Source: a virus
Lineage: Duplodnaviria > Caudoviricetes
Length of the DNA stretch: 64,000 nucleotides
Virus record (IMG/VR): IMGVR_UViG_2675903041_000001
Coordinates: 1,519 to 65,518 of that record
Reading direction: 5' to 3' (one strand)
Shown one piece after another: positions 47,543 through 56,801 of the stretch. Each line of letters begins with the position of its first letter. The stretch's first letter is position 1. The translations under genes and the position numbers were made by a program. The notes under the pieces are model-generated. The model was not told the origin of the DNA. It made no database searches and worked only from the letters and a program-made list of their open reading frames with translations.

Positions 47543-49143
47543 GCGCCTCCTTGTCTATGCGCTTTGCCCGCGCCCTGATAGGCCATGCCCGCGTTGCGGG
47601 TCGTGGCCGCCATCCACAGCATGTGCAGGGCATCCGGGCCGTCGTCATGATCGGCCTTGGGAAAATGGCGCAGCTGATCGATCAGGGTATTTTGCGAAGG
47701 GTGCAGCCGGATCAGCCGGTTGGCCATATGCGGCTGCAGCGATTCGATCCGCAACAGCTTGTCACTGCTGGGCTGGATCGCCCTGGCCGGGACCGGCACG
47801 CCACGCGCAGCCGAGCGCTTGACCAGCTCAGTGCGGAAGAATTCCTGGAACTGGACCGACTCCACCACCCACAGCAGACAGCGGTATTCCGCCTGAAGCG
47901 CGATCACGTCCTCAATGATGCGGTCCGGCAGGCGTTTCTTGATCAGCGCCTCGACCACATCCAGCACCCCGGTTTCCCGGCTGAAGCCGCCCACCAACAG
48001 GGCGGACGGGTCGCGGCTGGCGCCCTGTTTACCCAGGGAAGGGTCGCAAGCGCCAAAGAAACGCCAGCTGCTCAGCCGGTTGACCCAGAAATGGATGCAA
48101 TCGGCAAACGGCGCATCGTCTCCCGATACTGGGTCGTTCTGCTGTTCGCTGTCGAATGCCGGGCGCCCATCGCGGGCGCGCTTGAGCATCAGCTTGTAGA
48201 GCGGCTGCGCCTGCGGCCAGGCGACCACGGCGCCGGCTTCCATCTGCGTCGCGCGTTCGCTGTAGAAGGCGAGCGCTGCCGCTTCGCCCTGGTTGAGCAG
48301 AATTTCTTCCCAGCGGTCCCACAGATCCATGCGGTGCGGCCACTCGATCACGGCCCGGAACTTGCGCGCGCGCCACAGCGGATTGCCGAGCAGACGGGCC
48401 AGCACCGAGTCATAGTGCAAAATGGTGCCGATGATGATCACATCCATGCTGTCATCGGCCGGGCCGAGCGAGAGCACGGTTTTCTTGAGCCAGGACTCCA
48501 GCTTGTCGCGCTGCTCGGGGCTGCGCACGTTTTCATCGTTTTCCAGATCATCGCCAATCACCAGATCGGGACGGTGCGGGCCATGGCGCAAGCCGCGCAT
48601 GCGCTTGCCCGAGCCGAACACCTGCACCTTGGCATCGTTGCGGGTCACGATGGTGCCCACCTGCCACACCCGGCCCTGGCCGCAGGCGTCCGGGAAATCC
48701 ATCAACAGGCGCGGGTTGTATTGCAACTCGGCCTTGATCGCTTCCAGCATCGGCAGGGCCTGCTCCAGCGCATCCATGATGATCACGGGGTAATGCTTGC
48801 GGCCCGTCACCACGCACCAGATGACAAATATCTGCGTCACCAGAGTGGATTTGGCGTTGCCGCGTGGGGCCGCGATCACATCATGGTCCCCGCTGCCGTT
48901 ATCGACGATCTCCGGCAGCCGCTGATACAGAAAATCGTGCAAGGTGGCATTGGCCGCCTTGATATAGTGCGGGAAGTAGGTGCGCGCGAAATATTCGAGA
49001 TTTTGCCCGGCTTGCTTGAGCCGGGCCTGCCTGGCTGCGGGATCGGGCGCGAAGCCATCCACTTCGGCTTCGATCTGCTGGCGGAATTGCATCGCCAGCT
49101 GCGCGATCTCCTGCAAAAAGGCGCGGCGCGTGGTTTTACCCAT
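47536..49143 (-). CDS. Terminase large subunit
   Basis: APRGNAKST, DDLEND, DPS, HDDGPDAL. Confidence 0.92.
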   Translation of the reverse strand: MGKTTRRAFLQEIAQLAMQFRQQIEAEVDGFAPDPAARQARLKQAGQNLEYFARTYFPHYIKAANATLHDFLYQRLPEIVDNGSGDHDVIAAPRGNAKSTLVTQIFVIWCVVTGRKHYPVIIMDALEQALPMLEAIKAELQYNPRLLMDFPDACGQGRVWQVGTIVTRNDAKVQVFGSGKRMRGLRHGPHRPDLVIGDDLENDENVRSPEQRDKLESWLKKTVLSLGPADDSMDVIIIGTILHYDSVLARLLGNPLWRARKFRAVIEWPHRMDLWDRWEEILLNQGEAAALAFYSERATQMEAGAVVAWPQAQPLYKLMLKRARDGRPAFDSEQQNDPVSGDDAPFADCIHFWVNRLSSWRFFGACDPSLGKQGASRDPSALLVGGFSRETGVLDVVEALIKKRLPDRIIEDVIALQAEYRCLLWVVESVQFQEFFRTELVKRSAARGVPVPARAIQPSSDKLLRIESLQPHMANRLIRLHPSQNTLIDQLRHFPKADHDDGPDALHMLWMAATTRNAGMAYQGAGKAHRQGGAW

Positions 49144-49636
49144 AGCGTCTGCCTATGCTCTCGCCAAACGGCAGCAGCACTTCTTCCATCGCCGCAGCGT
49201 GCTGCGGGTAGTCCGTCTGAATGAACTGCACCAGGTCACGCAGAATATCGGCGGCAAAGCTGAGCTTGTCCAGTTTCGGGTTGCCCTTGGACACGGCGTT
49301 CATGGTCTTGGAATAGGCATCCGAAATGCGCGACAGCACCTCGGCCTTCTCCAGCGGTTTGACATCCTTGCTGTCCTTGATGTCGTTCATGGTGCTCTGA
49401 AACAGCAGCATGAAATCCTCCAGCACCGTGGCCGTAACCGCTTCCGTCCCCAGGCTGGACATTCTGGCGGCCGCGCGGGCGCGGTCCCAGTCGTCCCCGT
49501 TCTTGAGCGCGCTGGATTTCCAGCGCGTGACGGTGCTGATCGGGATCTTGTAGCGGCGCGAGATTGCCTTGAGGTTTAACGCTTCATAGACAAAAGCCGC
49601 GCGCGCCTCGGCTACTTTATCGGGTGAATAGGCCAT
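49136..49636 (-). CDS. Terminase small subunit (DUF1804-like)
   Basis: HTH N-terminus, RWK...GDDWDRAR. Confidence 0.8.
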   Translation of the reverse strand: MAYSPDKVAEARAAFVYEALNLKAISRRYKIPISTVTRWKSSALKNGDDWDRARAAARMSSLGTEAVTATVLEDFMLLFQSTMNDIKDSKDVKPLEKAEVLSRISDAYSKTMNAVSKGNPKLDKLSFAADILRDLVQFIQTDYPQHAAAMEEVLLPFGESIGRRYG

Positions 49637-49651
49637 GTAGAAAGCAAGCCA

Positions 49652-49870
49652 TCACAGGCCGATGGCATGCTTGCCCTTTTCGATCATCAAGGCCACCCCG
49701 ACCGACACCAACCCGCCACTGACCGCGCCGGTCATGGCCGAATGGCGCTCGATCTTGCGTACCCGGCCATCCAGACTGCCGATCATGTCCTTGGTCTGGT
49801 TCTGGTTCTTAATCACCAGATCCAGCTTGCCCTTGATTTCCCCCAGCAGCATGGCTTGTTCGTTGGTCAT
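49652..49870 (-). CDS. Hypothetical protein with C-terminal hydrophobic helix
   Basis: MTNEQAMLLGEIKGKLD..., coupled to the upstream gene. Confidence 0.65.
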   Translation of the reverse strand: MTNEQAMLLGEIKGKLDLVIKNQNQTKDMIGSLDGRVRKIERHSAMTGAVSGGLVSVGVALMIEKGKHAIGL

Positions 49871-50082
49871 CGCGATCCTCTTTTTGTTGTCAATTCGTGT
49901 ATCTGCTGGCATGCGATGCAGCGGGTCACGCCTCTGATGGCGCGTTGCCTGGCCAAAGGAATTTCACAGCCGCAGTCTTCGCAATGGCTGAGCGAGGGCG
50001 GCGCATCCGGCGCAATGGCGCGCCGCTGGGTGTATTCGTATTCAGCCAGCTCCAGCTGCTGGGCGAAATCCTCCGCTCTCAT
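49867..50082 (-). CDS. TraR/DksA C4 zinc-finger protein
   Basis: CEDCGCEIPLARQRAIRGVTRCIACQ. Confidence 0.85.
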   Translation of the reverse strand: MRAEDFAQQLELAEYEYTQRRAIAPDAPPSLSHCEDCGCEIPLARQRAIRGVTRCIACQQIHELTTKRGSR

Positions 50083-50624
50083 GGCAAGCCATCGCCTATT
50101 TCTTTCTGGTCGGCGGGGTGGCGGTTGCCCACTCCACCAGCGCCTTGTGCCGCGCCTGGCACTCGTAATACAGAGCCGCGCGTTCCAGGCTGTTGCGCAG
50201 CAGGGTTGACAGCCGGCCATCCAGCGCTGGCGGCAGATCCGGACACAACGCCGTCAGCGAGGCGGGCGGCTGGCGCGGCGGTGAAATCTGTAGTGGGGCG
50301 GGCGTTGTAGAGGCGCAGGCCGTCAGCATCGAGGCTGCAATCGTTATAACCCGTGTTGCGATCGATGTTTTCATTGGCTTTTTCCTTGACATGGACATAG
50401 ACCGTGCGCACCTGCTCGCGGTCGGCTTCAAAGGCGGCGGCCTGGCCATGGGTTTGCTCGGCTTCCAGCAGGGCCTGCTCGCGCGCGGCCCGCACGGCGG
50501 ATTCGATCGCCTGGACTTGCCTGGCCTGGATCTCCGATTGCCCGTCTTCGCGGCCCTGGTAGTAGCCAGCCAGGAACAGCACAATGGCCAGCAGCCAGGT
50601 CCAGTGCGTAAACAGCCAGCTCAT
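50079..50624 (-). CDS. Inner-membrane spanin (Rz-like)
   Basis: N-terminal TM and coiled coil; follows the holin. Confidence 0.65.
   Translation of the reverse strand: MSWLFTHWTWLLAIVLFLAGYYQGREDGQSEIQARQVQAIESAVRAAREQALLEAEQTHGQAAAFEADREQVRTVYVHVKEKANENIDRNTGYNDCSLDADGLRLYNARPTTDFTAAPAARLADGVVSGSAASAGWPAVNPAAQQPGTRGSVLRVPGAAQGAGGVGNRHPADQKEIGDGLP
50096..50374 (-). CDS. Embedded outer-membrane spanin (Rz1-like lipoprotein)
   Basis: Lipobox LTAC, Pro-rich, YYECQARH; nested in the Rz-like gene in another frame. Confidence 0.7.
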   Translation of the reverse strand: MKTSIATRVITIAASMLTACASTTPAPLQISPPRQPPASLTALCPDLPPALDGRLSTLLRNSLERAALYYECQARHKALVEWATATPPTRKK

Positions 50625-50851
50625 TTGGCCGCTCCCGCGCTGTAGCGGATAGACAGCAGCTTGCTGAGAACAGTATGCCCGCCGACCACACCCAGATAGA
50701 TCAGCCAGATCTCGGCGCTGGGCGGCGCTTCGGCAAACAGCCCCCAGCGCAGAAAGACCAGCGTGGCGGCCAGGTAGGAGACATGCGCCCACAGCTTGCT
50801 CTGGGAGAGCATGCCGGTGCCACAGTCGGTAATCAGTTCACTTGCCTTCAT
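50621..50851 (-). CDS. Putative holin
   Basis: 76 aa, two TMs, between endolysin and spanins. Confidence 0.65.
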   Translation of the reverse strand: MKASELITDCGTGMLSQSKLWAHVSYLAATLVFLRWGLFAEAPPSAEIWLIYLGVVGGHTVLSKLLSIRYSAGAAK

Positions 50852-51320
50852 GGGTTTCTCCCAGCACATGGCCTGGCAGGGGCTGCATCTGGTTGGCCAG
50901 CCAATCGTCCACACTGAAGCCGGGGCAGGTTTTCTTGACCTCGGGCAGATCCCGGTGGCCCACCACCTTCACCCCCCGGTAGCGAACTATCAGGCTGGAT
51001 ACGCCATTGTGCAGACTCTCCCACTGGGCCGGGCTGAAGCGGTCGGTGCCGATCATGCAAATGCCGATGGTGCGGGCATTGAAGCCGCGCGCATGCGCGC
51101 CCACTTCGTCCAGATGGCGGCCGGTTGCAACCGCGCCATTGGTGTAGATCACAAAGTGATAGCCGATATGGCCCAGTTCTTCGTTCTGGCGCGCGCGCCA
51201 GTTCTGGTTGCGCCGAAAACCGGCCTGGCGGTGCCAGAGATCAATGTCGCGGACATCGTGCCAGCGGCCATTGGGTGTGGCGGCGCAGTGTATGACGAGG
51301 TGGCTAATGGGTCTGTTCAT
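50838..51320 (-). CDS. Endolysin, N-acetylmuramoyl-L-alanine amidase (T7 lysozyme-like)
   Basis: VIHCAAT, IGYHFVI, GAHARG.N, GHRD, K.CPGF. Confidence 0.92.
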   Translation of the reverse strand: MNRPISHLVIHCAATPNGRWHDVRDIDLWHRQAGFRRNQNWRARQNEELGHIGYHFVIYTNGAVATGRHLDEVGAHARGFNARTIGICMIGTDRFSPAQWESLHNGVSSLIVRYRGVKVVGHRDLPEVKKTCPGFSVDDWLANQMQPLPGHVLGETHEGK

Positions 51321-51544
51321 GCCATCCTCCGAAATGTTTTTGCTGCGCAGCGAAACATGGATATCAAGCGCGCTTTCCAGCGGTATCCAGGAGGATTACA
51401 TTGATTCAGCAACCGCATACCGTGAAGCGCTTTTGCGAGCACTCGATCAGACCAGGCCATAAAGGGCGCGTAGGGGTCTGAAAGCATCGCCTGCTCGGCA
51501 GTGCGTTCTGGGTGTATTGGGCTTTGGCTTGAGTTCGTGTTCAT
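51317..51544 (-). CDS. Hypothetical first gene of the lysis operon
   Basis: Overlaps the endolysin start; preceded by the shared late-promoter motif. Confidence 0.45.
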   Translation of the reverse strand: MNTNSSQSPIHPERTAEQAMLSDPYAPFMAWSDRVLAKALHGMRLLNQCNPPGYRWKARLISMFRCAAKTFRRMA

Positions 51545-51629
51545 GCCGCCATGATGGCAGCAAGAACCGCATGAAATAAGGCTTGGGGGGTTCCGCCCGA
51601 AGGACTCGGGCGGGGGTCAGGGTTTCAGA

Positions 51630-51872
51630 TTATGCTGGATCGTCGGCGCTGTCAATCCCTGCTGCCAACGCTTGTTCGAGTTTGAGCAGATCTTGCTCGC
51701 ACATCGCCAGCAGATCCATCACGGCGTGGGCGATGCCGACCGCGCAGCGGCTGGCGCGGCGCTGGGATGCGTCCTCGCCGCACGGGATGGCTTCCGGGAT
51801 ATAGGCTGCAATGGCCTGGAGGCTGTCGAGGCGGCAGGCCAGATCATAGAAGGATTCCGGCATGCGGTTCAT
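51630..51872 (-). CDS. Hypothetical protein
   Basis: Coupled to the Rha-family gene (ATGA overlap). Confidence 0.6.
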   Translation of the reverse strand: MNRMPESFYDLACRLDSLQAIAAYIPEAIPCGEDASQRRASRCAVGIAHAVMDLLAMCEQDLLKLEQALAAGIDSADDPA

Positions 51873-52429
51873 GCTTCACCTCCCATGGGCGTCAATGCGG
51901 GAACCTGCGGGCGGTTGTCCGGCCGGGCCAGCAGCCCGCAGGCTTGCATGCGGCGGCGGTGCTCGCGCAGGGTTCTGGGGCGGCGCTGGATCAGCAGGCA
52001 GATCTCGAACGTGGACAAGCCCAGGCGATCATATTTGGCGATCTTGGCCCACAGCGGGCGGGCCTTGAGCAGCTCCTCGCGCATGGCCTCGTTGATGACC
52101 GGCTGGCGATGCTTGAGCGCGGTTTCCATGCGCTCGAACTCGTCAATGAAGGCGATCTTGAGCCGGGTCGCATTGATGCCCGTGAAGCCCATCGCCAGCA
52201 GCATGAAGCTCTTCTTGGTCAGGGTGTACATGGGTCTTCTCTCGCCTTTTGCGTCGTAATATTCAACGGGTCCAAAATTGGACCGGTTGAATTCTCCAGC
52301 ACACTCGGCCATCAATGACCGCAAATCACGCATCACGTGCTTATGCTCCTTACCGAAATACTCGGCCACGATAAGGGTGTTGGTGGTGGCTTGATCCCCT
52401 TGCAGGGTGACGATGGATTGGTTGTTCAT
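51869..52429 (-). CDS. Rha-family regulator / antirepressor
   Basis: VAEYFGKEHKHVMRD, Y.D.KGE.RPMY.L, MGFTG, FI..FERME; start MNNQS at 52429. Confidence 0.88.
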   Translation of the reverse strand: MNNQSIVTLQGDQATTNTLIVAEYFGKEHKHVMRDLRSLMAECAGEFNRSNFGPVEYYDAKGERRPMYTLTKKSFMLLAMGFTGINATRLKIAFIDEFERMETALKHRQPVINEAMREELLKARPLWAKIAKYDRLGLSTFEICLLIQRRPRTLREHRRRMQACGLLARPDNRPQVPALTPMGGEA

Positions 52430-52473
52430 CTTTACGCTCCTTTTAGATGGAAATTCCCACGAAGGTCGTGGGC

Positions 52474-52551
52474 GGCCAGGCGCTCTAAACCGGCGTAAGT
52501 CGGCGGAGTTATTCCCGGTTGCCCGGTATTGTATTCCTCGCACACCCGGCC
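52474..52551 (-). ncRNA. C4-like antisense RNA (78 nt)
   Basis: Closing stem GGCCGGG/CCUGGCC; carries CUUACGC and GUUUAGA, complementary to upstream (52603-52624) and RBS-overlapping (52430-52447) targets. Confidence 0.75.
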
Positions 52552-52637
52552 ATCGGAAAACGATGGACGTAAAAAAACCACAGCTGACGGACGTGGTTGC
52601 CGCTTACGCATAACGGTGTTTAGATCACCTGCGGCGA

Positions 52638-52666
52638 ACCGTACACCGGTTTGCCTGGGTTGTCAA
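52638..52666 (-). promoter_or_regulatory. Promoter of the c4/antirepressor operon
   Basis: TTGACA, 17 nt, TACGGT. Confidence 0.5.
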
Positions 52667-52770
52667 CCATTGCAGCCATTGCAGCCTTATGTAAAGAAAA
52701 ACCCGTTTCCTTTACATAAAACTGCCGGGGGTGAATTGGCTATCTCCCGGCGGCGGGTCAGCACCCCTCG

Positions 52771-53040
52771 TTACACATCGAAGCTTATCTGCTTGGCGCT
52801 GATTGCCTGCTCCGCGCACAGGGCGGCGGCTTCATTGGCCCGCTTGATGGCGGCGTGCATTTCCCGTTCCGCCAGCTCGACCTGTTCGAGTGTGGCGCGC
52901 AGGGCCGCCATGTCGGCCTGGTTTTCCGCCAGGTTGTGCACTTGTGTGGCCAGGTTGCGCAGCAGCGCGAAGCGTCTGCCGGCTGCATCCCGCGCCTGGA
53001 TGCGGTATGCGTGGTATTCGCCAATGGCTTGATAATTCAT
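52771..53040 (-). CDS. Hypothetical protein
   Basis: 89-aa helical ORF in the semi-essential region. Confidence 0.65.
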   Translation of the reverse strand: MNYQAIGEYHAYRIQARDAAGRRFALLRNLATQVHNLAENQADMAALRATLEQVELAEREMHAAIKRANEAAALCAEQAISAKQISFDV

Positions 53041-53053
53041 GTGCGTGGCCTTG

Positions 53054-53356
53054 TTAGCTGTTGGCGGGTAATTGGTTGAGGGCGGATTCCAGCCTGGCCA
53101 GGGCCGCGCCCTGGCTCAAGATCCGCATGGATCTGAAATCAAGGGTCTTGCCTGCGGTGCGATTGCCTTTTGGCCTGCTCACATATCGCATTGGTTCCAG
53201 CTGCTCGGGCGTGATGTGGTAGAGGTAATAGTATCTGGCGGCAGCACCCGCGCCTGGGCGAATCTTCTCTCTGCGGATCTTGTGCCGCTTCATGATGCGC
53301 AGGGCTCCCCCATGGGTCACATTGAGGAAGGCGGCGATTTCATTGACTCTCATCAT
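53054..53356 (-). CDS. Hypothetical basic protein, possible HTH
   Basis: RBS AAAGGAG; NEIAAFLNV N-terminus. Confidence 0.6.
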   Translation of the reverse strand: MMRVNEIAAFLNVTHGGALRIMKRHKIRREKIRPGAGAAARYYYLYHITPEQLEPMRYVSRPKGNRTAGKTLDFRSMRILSQGAALARLESALNQLPANS

Positions 53357-53375
53357 TTTGCTTCTCCTTTTGCAA

Positions 53376-53780
53376 TTAAAACAATGTTTGTTGTTTGGGG
53401 TTGTTTTTTCTCTCGGCCTCTCGCCTGGCGGTGGCCAGGATTTCGCCGATATGGCGTTCGGTCAGGCCGTATTTGCGGGCCAGTTGGCTGCGGCTCAGCG
53501 CCGGGTATTCGGCCATAATCTTGCTGTTGCGCAGTGCGGTGCGCAGCAGGTGGGCTTTCGGGATGTCGAAGTGTTCCTGGCCACCGTAGTGCTCGCTCAG
53601 GATGCAGGCGGCTTCGCGCCCGACGAGATCGATCAGGATATGTTCTGCCGGGATATGCTTGGGCACGTAGAGGCGCACGCCGCCATAGTAATCGCATAGC
53701 TTCAGCGTGGCGGGCAGGCCGATCAATCCGGCGATTTCACGCAGGATGCCAGGCAGCAGGCTTTCGTCGATGTCATGCAT
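53376..53780 (-). CDS. mor: Mor/C-family transcription activator
   Basis: YGGVRLYVP, RN..I, LARKYGLTERHI..I. Confidence 0.85.
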   Translation of the reverse strand: MHDIDESLLPGILREIAGLIGLPATLKLCDYYGGVRLYVPKHIPAEHILIDLVGREAACILSEHYGGQEHFDIPKAHLLRTALRNSKIMAEYPALSRSQLARKYGLTERHIGEILATARREAERKNNPKQQTLF

Positions 53781-54198
53781 GGGTCTTTTTTCTGGCCTTG
53801 TAGTTGAGGGCGGCGATGATCTTGCGCAGCTGGTCGGGCTGGCACCATTCGGCGCGTTCGATCTTGAACATTTGCTGGCTGATCCCATGGGCGTAGTGCC
53901 AGGGCAATTCCATTGCGGTCAGCAGCGCGCCGATTTTGCCGAGCAGCCCGGCATGCTGGGCGCTGGGCCGGTTTTTGGGCGCGCCTCTGGCTGCTTTTTT
54001 TGGCGGGCTGCGTCGCCAGCCCTTCTGTTCGAAGTGCGCCAGCAGTTGCTGCCGCCCGTTTGCGTCCAGATCGCGGCTGCTGCGCACCTTCGCCAGCTGC
54101 CACAGCAGTTGGCGGTAGGTGCAGTCATCCAGACCCAGCTGGGTTTTGGCGATGTGGATCAGGGCCAGTTCGCGTTTGCGTTGTTGTGGGGTGTCCAT
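53773..54198 (-). CDS. gemA: GemA / Mu gp16 (DUF1018)
   Basis: LIHIAKTQLGLDD..YR..L...SSRDL. Confidence 0.85.
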   Translation of the reverse strand: MDTPQQRKRELALIHIAKTQLGLDDCTYRQLLWQLAKVRSSRDLDANGRQQLLAHFEQKGWRRSPPKKAARGAPKNRPSAQHAGLLGKIGALLTAMELPWHYAHGISQQMFKIERAEWCQPDQLRKIIAALNYKARKKTHA

Positions 54199-54211
54199 AT
54201 CGTTAAATCTC

Positions 54212-54257
54212 CAAAAAAAAACTTGCTGGATAGCGCTAGGTTTAACGCTATCCGGCC
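54212..54257 (-). terminator. Rho-independent terminator after gam
   Basis: CCGGATAGCGTTAAACCTAGCGCTATCCAGC hairpin followed by a T-run on the minus strand. Confidence 0.65.
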
Positions 54258-54264
54258 AGCTTTC

Positions 54265-54786
54265 TTAAGGTTGTTCCTGCTCGAACGGGGTGATGACGAA
54301 ATCTTCCACGCCGGTGATAACGTTCAGCCCGGCCACACCGCGCACTTCATCCGGTTCGTTGAGAATGGCTTCCTTGTTGACTTCCTCCTTGGTGCGGATG
54401 AAGCGCTCAAGGCCCAAGCGGCGCAGGGTTTCCAGCACCACTTGCTGCCCTCTTATGGACACGGAGGGCGGACGTTGACGCCATTGCACTTCGCCGGTGA
54501 TGAGGTTGGCGGTTTTGACGCGGCCGTTGTCGGTCAGCGCGTGGCGGTGGGCTTCGCAGTAGCCCTGCACGCCGGCTTGCAGGAGGTTGATCTGTTCCTT
54601 GATGGCGTCCATGCGCGGCTGAAAGTTTTGCGTGATGGCGGCAATTGCGTCGTTCATTTCGGTGCTGGTGCGGGTCAGCTGGCGTTGCAGGTCGCCGATC
54701 TTGCGAATGTCGGCGGCGGCGTCATCGCGGCTTTGCGGCACGTAGGCAATGGATTTGGTTTTGAGTCGGGCGGCATTTCTTGCCAT
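54265..54786 (-). CDS. gam: Host-nuclease inhibitor Gam
   Basis: YCEAHR..LT, GEVQWRQRPPSV, FIRTKEEVNKEAIL. Confidence 0.92.
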   Translation of the reverse strand: MARNAARLKTKSIAYVPQSRDDAAADIRKIGDLQRQLTRTSTEMNDAIAAITQNFQPRMDAIKEQINLLQAGVQGYCEAHRHALTDNGRVKTANLITGEVQWRQRPPSVSIRGQQVVLETLRRLGLERFIRTKEEVNKEAILNEPDEVRGVAGLNVITGVEDFVITPFEQEQP

Positions 54787-54804
54787 CGATTGTTCTCCTT
54801 GTGG

Positions 54805-55371
54805 TTAATGATTCGGTTTGGTTGCGTCAGCGGGTGCGGGGGGCTGCTCGCCCGCATGGGGCGCCGCTTGCGATTTGGCCAGGAATTGCTGCAACTGGCT
54901 GCGCACGGCTTCTGGCATCTCGCTTTTTGGGGCTTGCTCTGCTTGCCGGGCGCGCCCGGTTTGGCGGCGTATTTCCCGCGCGGCTTCGCCTCTGGCTTCG
55001 GCCTTGTCGGCAGCCGAAGCGATGATGGTCAGCAGATAGCCATGGCTTTTGATTGGCAGCGCGAGGCTATCCCGATTGCTGAGCATTTGTTCCAGTGCCA
55101 TTTGCCAGGATGATGCGGGCGCGGGCCAGATGCGCCCCTTGTGCTCGATCTTGCCGGCCTGGATCATGGGCAGCAGTTCATCGAGCAGCTTGGTCAGGCG
55201 CACCATGGAAAGCGCCCGCTGGGCAGGCTTGAACAGTTGCACGTAGCCCAGCAGCAGATCCCCGAACGGGGTGAGGCTGAATGCGCGCTTGACGGCGTTG
55301 CGCGCCGCAACGTCATTCAACCCGGCCTCGATCGGGAAATCGGTCTGGCAGCAGGGGCAGATCACTCGCAT
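54805..55371 (-). CDS. Conserved Mu-like hypothetical protein with CxxC
   Basis: MRVICPCC, Y..LFKP, LPIKSHGYL. Confidence 0.7.
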   Translation of the reverse strand: MRVICPCCQTDFPIEAGLNDVAARNAVKRAFSLTPFGDLLLGYVQLFKPAQRALSMVRLTKLLDELLPMIQAGKIEHKGRIWPAPASSWQMALEQMLSNRDSLALPIKSHGYLLTIIASAADKAEARGEAAREIRRQTGRARQAEQAPKSEMPEAVRSQLQQFLAKSQAAPHAGEQPPAPADATKPNH

Positions 55372-55456
55372 GTCAGCAGCAGCATGAAGACGGCCAGAAA
55401 CAGCAGCCAGGCGGCAATCAGCCGGAAGCGGAGGGTTTGCTTGTCCAGTTGCATGT

Positions 55457-55882
55457 TCAGCGCCCTCCCAATGGGGTGGATAGGGTCCACTCCACTTGCA
55501 CGCCGTCGAGGTTGGTGGCCATGGTTTTTTTCTCGACCCCATGCAGGCGGGTGATCTTGATCATGGCGCCCCCCAGCAGGTTGCAGCGTGGCGAGGGATG
55601 GAGGGTGACGCGGGCATTGCGGCTGCCTACGCTGATATCGAGCACGCGGTGGCCGGATCGCGCCAGGGTGATGGCGACGCGCTTGGCGTTGGTCAGGGCG
55701 TCCATGAGTTCCTGGTTGTGGCGGCCGATGCTGGCATGAGCCGGGGCGGGTTGCGGGGTCGCGGGCGCTGGCGCGTCGCAGGCGGTGGCCGGGTGGACGA
55801 TCGGCAGGCCCGCTGCGCTGACCGCCTTGCGATTGCGCAGCCATGAATGGGTGGTGAGCAAGATGCTTTGAATCGGATTCAT
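55457..55882 (-). CDS. Hypothetical protein
   Basis: Early-operon ORF, GVQVEW C-terminus. Confidence 0.6.
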   Translation of the reverse strand: MNPIQSILLTTHSWLRNRKAVSAAGLPIVHPATACDAPAPATPQPAPAHASIGRHNQELMDALTNAKRVAITLARSGHRVLDISVGSRNARVTLHPSPRCNLLGGAMIKITRLHGVEKKTMATNLDGVQVEWTLSTPLGGR

Positions 55883-56217
55883 TGGGTGATCTCCTGGCTA
55901 ATTTCTGGTTCGTGTGTTTGTGCGTCCTTATGCGCGCAGGTCTGGCAGGTGCGCCAGTGTTTCATGGCGCGCGGGCTGCTGGTCGGCGGCCGCCGGGTGT
56001 GATAATCCGCACATTGGGCATGGCTGATTTCCTGCCCCAGGTATGGGCATTCGACGCGGCCGTAAACAGCCATCACCCGTTGGGCGATGTGCTGCGGGCT
56101 GGCCGGGTATTTGTCGTGGAAGATCAGGCTGATGGCGGTTCTCGATACGCCCAGATCCAGCGCAACTTGGGTGATGCTGGTCTGCTCGATGGCCGCGATC
56201 ATGAGTTCTCGCCACAT
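55879..56217 (-). CDS. HTH plus Cys-rich hypothetical regulator
   Basis: VALDLGVSRTAISL, CPYLG, CQTC. Confidence 0.7.
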   Translation of the reverse strand: MWRELMIAAIEQTSITQVALDLGVSRTAISLIFHDKYPASPQHIAQRVMAVYGRVECPYLGQEISHAQCADYHTRRPPTSSPRAMKHWRTCQTCAHKDAQTHEPEISQEITQ

Positions 56218-56798
56218 AGCGCCACCTCCTTGCCGATGTTTTGATCAAAGAGCGTGCCTTGCGCGGGCCGCCAGATGGGCGCGATCGGGCCGGTGTCCTT
56301 GTTGTCCGGCAGCCAGTAGCGCAGGTGGCCGTTGGAAGTCGGGGCTTCGCCCGCTTCGCGCCGGGGCATTCTGACCAGGTAGCCTGCCCGTTCCAGGGCC
56401 TTGAGATATTTGCCGATGTTGTTGCGCACGGCCTTTTCTTCGCCCTGCACGACCAGCGTTTCGATTTCCGGCAGGCTGAATTTGCGCCGGATGCGGATGG
56501 CGCGCCAGACACGGGTACGCAGGCTGCCACGATGGATGCGCGCACCCGGTTGCGGGCCTCTCGGGCCTGATTTCAGTTTCGTTTCCCCAGCAGCCAGCGC
56601 TTGCTGGCCGGCGCTGGTCAGGCAATGGCCGCCCGTTTCGGTGCGCTCAACCAGGCCATGCTTGCGCAATTTGAGCAGTGCGTTTTCCACTTGCTTGGCC
56701 GTCAGTCCGGTCAGTTCAACCAGCCTGTCTTTGGTGATGCACGCTTTGGGGGCGTGCCGGCCGATGTCCCTGAGTAATTGTTCTGCTATCCAGGCCAT
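56199..56798 (-). CDS. Winged-helix DNA-binding protein
   Basis: Two wHTH-like segments, YLKALERAGYL, TGPIAP. Confidence 0.7.
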   Translation of the reverse strand: MAWIAEQLLRDIGRHAPKACITKDRLVELTGLTAKQVENALLKLRKHGLVERTETGGHCLTSAGQQALAAGETKLKSGPRGPQPGARIHRGSLRTRVWRAIRIRRKFSLPEIETLVVQGEEKAVRNNIGKYLKALERAGYLVRMPRREAGEAPTSNGHLRYWLPDNKDTGPIAPIWRPAQGTLFDQNIGKEVALCGENS

Positions 56799-56801
56799 TG
56801 C

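Noticed and set aside
45992-49224. Long plus-strand ORFs (528 and 557 aa)
   Set aside because: Antisense shadows of the portal and terminase genes.
53707-55113. 468-aa plus-strand ORF
   Set aside because: Overlaps gemA, gam and neighbours in antisense.
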